Source: Octopus sinensis (lineage: Eukaryota). Taken from it: a stretch of DNA of 64,000 bases. Each line of letters begins with the position of its first letter. Position 1 is the stretch's first letter. The stretch is taken from assembly GCF_006345805.1 (NCBI RefSeq), contig NC_043006.1:78864001-78928000 (forward strand), given 5' to 3'. Under the pieces are notes generated by a model. It made no database searches. It had not been told where the DNA came from and worked only from the letters and a program-made list of their open reading frames with translations. A program made the translations under genes and the position numbers. Positions 1 through 64,000 of this stretch are shown piece by piece.

Positions 1-585
1 AGATGTATTTCCCCCTGCTTTGTTCGTGTTTGCATTTGGTTTGGTTGTGTTTCTGCTCTTTATTTTCCTTCTTTTGTAGCTATTTGCCATTCCTCACTGG
101 TTTCGTCTTCCGACGAAAATTCTGAGGAATCAGAAGGGGGTAGGGGTATGTTGTGGCTTCTATGTATGTCTGTGTAAGTGGTTGTGTTGTTGTTTTCGTT
201 GTTGTTGGTTGTTGAGTGTTTGTGTGTGTTGAGTGCGGTATAAGGGATGGGGGATCAGTTTGTGGTGTTTTCTTTCTTTGTTTTTCTGTTCCTTTGGGTT
301 TTGCTGTTGATGGTGGTGTTGGTATTTTTTCAGGTGTCGAGTGGTTTTTAGTTGATGACGGATTAGCTTGGTGTGCTTCTCTTGTCGTCTTCTGTGTTGA
401 TGGTGGTGTGGGTAGTAGAGCTTTTTTTCCCGGAGTGCTTTGGTTGTGGTAGTGGTTGTTGTTGTTGCTCTTGGTGTGCAGTGGTTGGGCACGTCTTTTT
501 CAAGTGTGTTTCGCTTCCACACAAATAGCAGCGTGGTCGCCTGCCCTCTACCACTATATAGAGTTTGTAGCCTCCTGGCAGTTCT
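1..585 (-). mobile_element. Degenerate retrotransposon gag/ORF1-like fragment with CCHC zinc knuckle
   Basis: Minus strand reads IELPGGYKLYIVVEGRRPRCYLCGSETHLKKTCP (C-x2-C-x4-H-x4-C at 489-530), then a frameshifted low-complexity tail; its 5' side abuts an (AGAT)n tract. Confidence 0.7.
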
Positions 586-680
<95 letters not shown>

Positions 681-682
681 TA

Positions 683-1100
683 GGCGGTGGAGTGACTGTG
701 TGGTAAGTAGCTTACTAACCAACCATATGGTTCTGGGTTCAGGCCCACTGCGTAGCACCTTGGGAATTTGTCTTCTACGATAGACTCGGGCCGACCAAAG
801 CCTTGTGAGTTGATTTGGTAGACGGAAACTGAAAGAAGCCAGTCGTATATATATATGTGTCTGTATGTGTGTGTGTGTCTGTTTGTGTGTGTTTGTGTGC
901 CTGTGTTTGTACCCCCAACATTGCTTGTCAACCGATGGTTGTGTATTTACGTCCCCGTAACTTAGCGGTTCGGCAAAAGAGACCGATAGAATAAGTACTA
1001 GGCTTACAGAGAATAAGTCCTGGGGTCGATTTGCTCGACTAAAGGCGGTGCTTTAACATGGCCACAGTCACGTGACTGAAACAAGTAAACGAGTAAAAGA
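683..1100 (+). mobile_element. SINE family A (tRNA-like head, internal (TA)n/(TG)n, GAGTAAAA-type tail)
   Basis: Head GGCG..GGAGTGGCTGTGTGGTAAG...GGTTC(C/T)GGGTTCAG; about 10 homologous copies in the window. Confidence 0.85.
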
Positions 1101-1405
1101 TATATATATATATATATAAAGATTTATCCGGTTTCACAGTTTACATTGATTTTTTCAAATTGTTGAAATAGAAAGACTTGACCCGTGTCTCAGCTGTTTT
1201 GCTTCTGACTAGTGTTTGAAGTTTGCCTAGTTTTTATAGGGAGTTCATACCTCAAATTAGTATGCTTTGAATAGGACCTGACTGGTAGAGGATAGCCATA
1301 TAACTGCTCTTGGAAACTTTTGTAGGTTACCCGCTACGTCCTTGTATTAGTATCAAGTGACAATGTTTGGCGTCCTAAGTTTTAGGCTGACACGGTTGAC
1401 TGAAC

Positions 1406-1459
<54 letters not shown>

Positions 1460-1498
1460 CCTAATCGTGTTTATCTGTATCACTGTCTGTCTCTCCAC

Positions 1499-1531
<33 letters not shown>

Positions 1532-2009
1532 AATGTTCTAAAATCTACACAGCCTTGGTTTTTTATCTCATTACCAAAAAAAAATTATATGTGTGTGTAT
1601 GAATGTGTCTATACACACATTCATATAATGTGAAGAAACAAAAAAACCTATGCACGCATGTTTTAACGTTATTATGCCTCTATTCGGGGATTTTTTAAAT
1701 CCATTAATTTACACATATATTTTTAATATATTTATTCATTTATGATTATTTTTTTTTAAATCGCTGTGTATTTATATATCTTTATTCTATCATGTACATT
1801 TGTCCTTTAAATCTATCTCTAATCAGTCATGTTTGTGGATAGAATTACCAGGTCTTTTGTTTCTACACATTACATATTTATATCTTCTGTCTCAAGTGAC
1901 TCTTGATCATTGAGCACTTCTAAGCACAAACCTCTACATTGCGAGAGAATTTCTAATCAATCTTCTTCTCGAAACAATTATAAATATATATATATATATA
2001 TATATATAG

Positions 2010-2076
<67 letters not shown>

Positions 2077-2431
2077 CATATATATATATATATAGATATA
2101 TATATATATTATATATATATATATATGTATGTATACAACTACATACATGGTTCTGTAGATAGATAGATAGATGGATAGCCGCAAAATAAATAGCGCAAAC
2201 ACGCATGATTCATGCAACTACAGAACTATCAGAGCAACAACGCAATAATTACAATAAAACCAGCAACCGCATCTCGCAAGGTTTCACTGTGTGGCGTGTG
2301 TGTGTGTATGTGCGTGTGTGTGTGTGTCGGTGTCTGTATGTGCGTGGGTATATGCGTGCGTATATACGTATTATGCGAGGGGTGATAAGAATATATATAT
2401 AATATATGAGTATACAAACACAGACACACAC

Positions 2432-2489
<58 letters not shown>

Positions 2490-3524
2490 TAATATATTAT
2501 ATATATATGCATACACATCCAGCATTACAAGTATGGACATGAAAATAGACATTTTCTGTATAAAGCCTATATATCTTTGCTGTTGCCATGCTGAATTCTG
2601 AAAACAGCTACGACGAGAATGCTATAGAAGGTCGAGGCAGCAACGGAGCGTATTCGAGGCGAAAACCTATCTTTATGCTGCAGACATTTTTCCTACACTT
2701 TCTGTGGTTGAAGAAGTAAAAATCTATGTTTTCTGTCTTAGCATATTTTAAAAAATCCGAATTTTTTTTAAAATATGCTAGGCCACTTGGTTTTAATTGA
2801 TTAATATCAATTTCTACTCTTATTTACTTTTAAATTTTAAAAAATGTTCTCTAGCCGGTAAATTGACTGCTGTAGTTTATTAACTGCAGAGTAATTTCCG
2901 ATCTCAGCGCGCCAAAGTGAAAGCATTTGAAGGATACACATAAATATAATTTGTAGAACTTGATACATGCTGGATTTCGGTCGAGCGTTCTATATCTAGT
3001 TCTGGAAATTGTGTTTTGTAAACTACAGACTATGCTGATGATCTTGCAGATGTTTACGTATTCATAGACGTAAATATTAACAAGTGAAACTAATTAGTAC
3101 ATAGGTAATCGTTTTTTATTTCGTATATTTATTTTCATTCGTCTTGCTTATTTTTACACTTTCGTTTTCTGCTGAATTTTTTCTTGAGAACACATTCTTC
3201 GTGATAAATGGCGATTTTGACGTCTATATCTAGCATACAGGCTGTCCATTTTTAGTGGTCATTCCTCTAAATTTTGTATGTAAAAATTTTTAATCTTCGG
3301 ATTTTTTAAAATATGCTAGGCCACTGGATTTAATTGATTAATATCAATTTCTACCCTTATTTAATTTTAAATATATATATATATATATATCACCATAACC
3401 ACCGTGAGGGACCAGGCTAGCAGATGTTGTTACACATCGCTGGTCACAATGCGCTTCGCATTGTTTTAGCCTTCAAATGATGCCACCCCGCTAGCTAAGC
3501 GAGCAGGCCATATATATATATACT

Positions 3525-3562
<38 letters not shown>

Positions 3563-3712
3563 AAGAGCAATAAAGATTCAAGTTAATTAAAAAATTTACT
3601 TGAATATGGTACCTAACTTAGATGCACCAAAAAAAATATAATGATTTAACAATACAGTAATGGTGGGTGGTGGGGATTATAAGCGAGAAAGAAGCAACAA
3701 GAATGGATAGGT

Positions 3713-3803
3713 TTTTAGTACGATCGTTTCATACAAGGACAGGTTTTATTAAAAGTTGCAAAGATTACAGTATATAAACGAGTCCCGTACTCATCAGCTA
3801 AAA
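3713..3803 (-). ncRNA. Type I hammerhead ribozyme motif
   Basis: 5'-UUUUAG CUGAUGA GUAC..[long loop II]..GUAU GAAA CGAUCG UA CUAAAA-3': 6-bp stem I, intact core, palindromic stem III, GUA cleavage triplet. Confidence 0.65.
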
Positions 3804-4100
3804 TACATGTAAGTTCTCTAGACATCCTAGTGTTTGAGGCTATACTCATGAAGTAATGTAGATATTTAAACAGATTTCTAAAGTTCATTAAAGTTCTTTA
3901 AAGATGATGTACAGTCTTATCATGGAAATTCATATGGATTAGGTCACCTTCTCTGTGATGCTATCAAAACTTTTTTAAAATTCTGTGATAAGACTGTACA
4001 TCATCTTTAAAGAACTTTAATGAACTTTAGAAACTGTTTAAATATCTACTTACTTCATGAGTATAGCCTCAACACTAGGATGTCTAGAGAACTTAATGTA

Positions 4101-4188
4101 TTTTAGCTGATGATACGGGACTCGTTATATGCTGTAATCTTTGCAACTTTTAATAAAACCTGTCTTGTATGAAACGATCGTACTAAAA
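4101..4188 (+). ncRNA. Type I hammerhead ribozyme motif (mirror copy)
   Basis: UUUUAG CUGAUGA UACGGGA..UCUUGUA U GAAA CGAUCG UA CUAAAA. Confidence 0.6.
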
Positions 4189-4249
4189 ACCTATCCATTC
4201 TTGTGCTTCTTTCTCGCGTATATATATATATATATATATAATTCATATA

Positions 4250-4282
<33 letters not shown>

Positions 4283-4899
4283 CACGTGTATTCGACAACT
4301 TTGTCCAGTTTATCTCTTTGTAAGAGAAGTGATGTAATGTGACGTAAATTTGTATTGCTATTTTTAGCAGGCCGACGAGTTCATTGAAACGCCCTGATCT
4401 CCTGATGCACGCTTTAACGTCATGCTGAAGGTGGAATTCAAGCCGTAAAAGACGATAATGAGCTGTAATGCTGTAATCTGAGATCAATGCTCTCTAACAA
4501 AGTGTCGTGTCCGAAACTTTAGAATCCTTCTCGTACTTACAATACACAAATTCATTACTGAAAAAATATTGTAGTGAACTTGCAGTATCGCAGGGTGTGC
4601 AGGAAATCAATGTGTTATAGAAGATTGAACATTAAATCACGCTAAGAACAATGACAAAGATGTTGGATTGCTATAGTAGAAGTATTTAATCAGTACTAAT
4701 ATTTCAGATAAAATATCCCTTTTCGAAAGTATTAAAAGAACAAGAAAGAAATACGTCCGTTAGCTTGGTCTTCCAATTCTGAAATTCAACGACCTTAGAT
4801 TTTTTTTACATGTATTTTTATATTCTTTGTAATTGTGATCGTCTTCGTCTAAGGGAGAAGACGAATCGTGTCGTTTGTAATATGGGATTTCAATATTGC

Positions 4900-5238
4900 T
4901 GAAACCCCCTTCGGTCATGACTGACCATGGGATTGCACCTAGAAAGTTACCCTCCCAAGCACAAGTCCGGGCAAGGTTGTTTATGGAAGACCAGCAGTCG
5001 CGCATGCATACCGGCCTCCCCTCTCCACGCCACCAGTGTTTTCTAAGGGAAAGGCAAAGGGGCCGATACAGCTTGGCACCAGTGACGTTGCAACTCATTT
5101 CTACAGCTGAGTGAACTGGAGCAACGTGAAATAAAGTGTCTTGCTCAAGAACACAACACGCATCCCGGTCCGGGATTCGAACTCACAACCTCACGATCGT
5201 AAGCTCGACGTTCTAACCACTGACCCATGCGCCTTCAC
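4900..5238 (-). mobile_element. tRNA-derived SINE with CORE-like central domain and a distinct 3' tail
   Basis: Head GTGAAGGCGCATGGGTCAGTGGTTAG...GTTCGAATCCC; CORE-like TGTGTTCTTGAGCAAGACACTTTATTTCACGTTGCTCCAG. Confidence 0.7.
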
Positions 5239-6008
5239 AATGCAGGACATTAATAAATCGAGAGTCTATACTGATCAAAACATCCTAATTATGCTGGATG
5301 TGCATAAAATTAATACTATAACTTATTTTCTACTCTATTTTGAAGCCATTTTCATTTCTGTTAAAGTAAAACATGATATCAGATAACTGTTTATGAACTG
5401 CCGAGGTTTCATCTGGTAGTCTGTTAGCTTATTTCTCTGCGTAATAACCATATTGAAAGACGCGGTATGAAAGACGCGAGTGAAAGGGATTACGACGGGC
5501 CAATTCATCTCCGGACGTGAGCTGGTGGATTACATCGCTGCCCATCTTTCCAGCAAGATCCGTCTGGAGAGGAGGAACCTGCCGCAAAGAGTATTTGGAA
5601 AAAGATGGACGGAAGTAGTAAGAAAGATGAGAATGCAAGGAGCCGTGCTGACACGGTCGGTCCGAGCATAGAAGTACAGGAAAGATTACCAAAAGGAAAT
5701 CAACCGGCGGGTTAGTTCACTAACCCGAACCCTGTAAATAGTAATAATTTAACATCTTAATTTTTAACCTTACATCATTCTGTATTCATATCCATAAACT
5801 CATTCGTATTTAATCTGTTGTAAGAGTGTATCTGACCCTTATATGTCCTTGTCTGTCCTTGTTTGTTCCCTCTATGTATCTTTTTTTATAAGGAATAAAG
5901 AAAATCTGTTAGCTTAATGACTTACTTCTGCATTCCCCACACCATAACCTATCCTCAGAAAACTCTCAGAATTTTTCTAACTCGCCTTTTTTTTCTCTCT
6001 CTTAACAG

Positions 6009-62929
<56,921 letters not shown>

Positions 62930-63127
62930 GTAAGTACATACATACAAGACTGACACGCCTTCGTCTTATTTCTGCATTGTTTCGTAGTCTCAGTTATTTG
63001 AAACTGAAAACTTATTCGTCTTCTTCAATGCGTAACTGTGCTAATTCTAGTATTCGCCATGATAGATCGTTAGCTACTTCACGCATTTTTTTCTCTCCTT
63101 GTTTCTCTCTTTGCTTTTTCTGTGTCT

Positions 63128-63163
63128 CTTTCTGTAGAAGAGCGTAGGCTCGAAATGTAAAAG
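63128..63163 (+). ncRNA. Minimal hammerhead-like motif in repeat copy 63055-63255
   Basis: CUUU CUGUAGA A GAGC-GUAG-GCUC GAAA UG UA AAAG. Confidence 0.45.
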
Positions 63164-63294
63164 ACTTTTCTATTCTTGAGCGTTATACTAATACATCTCT
63201 TTGTTTTGTACACCACCTGTCTTCGTCTTTTGTTGTTGTTTTTTTCGTAAACGCTGAAAAGGGCATTTATGCGTTCCCAGAGAATATTACCCTC

Positions 63295-63752
63295 AGGGGT
63301 GCTAGTGTTGTTATATTCGTGAATAAGTCTCTAACCGAAATATGTAGACCTATTGTTTAGGAAAATACTATTTACTTGTTTAAGGGTTGTACTGGATAAA
63401 TTGTGAAAATAACTCTAACAGTTCAAATACTAAGAAATAAGCATATTCAATTTCATTTTTACCAAATAATTTAGGGAAATGGATGGGTTATTTCCCTTGG
63501 CTATATATAAGGATCGTTTCCAGAGGTGAATGGGTTATTTCCCTTTGGTTTTTTAAATAAAATATATTAGATATATAAGAATCCCTTCTAGGGGCCCTAT
63601 TATCGATTTTTTTTTCAGCAATTTGAGTATGCCATGTGGTTTCCAGACATGAGTTCTAGTCATGTGTCAAGTTTCATCAAAATCGATAAAACTATGTAGA
63701 AGGAGCTAGTTAAAAACTCCACACAGACAGAATTTCCCACATATGTAGTAGA
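63295..63752 (+). mobile_element. Probable second Helitron-like non-autonomous element
   Basis: Internal repeats GGGTTATTTCCCTT; 3' part TCAAGTTTCATCAAAATCG..ACAGACAGA..GTAGTAGAT resembles that class. Confidence 0.4.
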
Positions 63753-64000
63753 TAAATGCATAAATATGACCGAAGGTCTTATAACACCTACACTGCTAAA
63801 AATAAGAGCTAAAGGGCTGTATTGTTGCTCTCAACGCACATATAATTGTGTACATACATGCCGACAGCGAACCTAGATGGCCGGAAATTGACGACTATGA
63901 TATCCCTTTGCCGTACAGTTTCAGATTTAGGCCGAAGCATCGTCAGAAGTCGGTACAGTTCACCAGTTACCAGACAGCCTTGCAATGAGGATACATGATT

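Larger units (their letters stand above)
3683..4217. repeat. Long fold-back (arms 3683-3922 / 3986-4217) carrying hammerhead-ribozyme motifs; Penelope-like remnant
   Basis: Arms are reverse complements, differing by 8 single-base indels and 1 substitution; ends in (TA)n. Confidence 0.9.

Noticed and set aside
1275-1328. Hammerhead-like layout (GACC CUGACUG..AGAG/CUCU..GAAA CUUUUG UA GGUU)
   Set aside because: Core and stem II too degenerate to support
3208-3275. Possible first coding exon (ATG GCG ATT TTG... ending at GTATGT)
   Set aside because: It has an in-frame TAG. It would give MAILTSISSIQAVHFLVVIPLNF in phase 0 only if one T were added to the T5 run at 3249-3253, and it is a weak signal peptide. 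Needs read or transcript evidence.
63911-63955. Minus-strand CUGACGA..UUCG hairpin..GAAAC
   Set aside because: Stem I and stem II do not close in the required register

Overview
AT-rich, microsatellite-dense eukaryotic genomic DNA. The SINE families and repeat landscape look like cephalopod (Octopus) DNA; this is an inference. The window is mostly the intron-rich 5' part of one large + strand gene. I reconstructed 21 GT-AG exons between 6009 and 62929 (3337 nt, 1112 codons + 1 nt) whose splice phases join without a break. They encode C-type lectin - LDLa - 3 CUB - 4 CCP/sushi - 2 Ca-binding EGF - 4 CCP, the N-terminal architecture of Uninflatable (uif)-type transmembrane proteins. The start/signal-peptide exon was not found, and the gene continues past the window end. 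The introns hold several tRNA-derived SINE families with swappable modules, mariner/Tc1 derivatives and MITEs, Helitron-like elements, and Gypsy, CR1-like and restriction-like-endonuclease (RLE) LINE fragments. Most notable: (i) several type I hammerhead-ribozyme motifs (Penelope-like remnants), one of them as a back-to-back pair in a 240-bp fold-back; (ii) a family of TA-anchored fold-back structures; (iii) an RLE-type LINE whose copies all abut (TATG)n; (iv) a cysteine-free second CUB domain and a 28-nt micro-exon that the ORF track misses. Almost all listed ORFs are microsatellite read-throughs. Coordinates were counted by hand; repeat boundaries are approximate.
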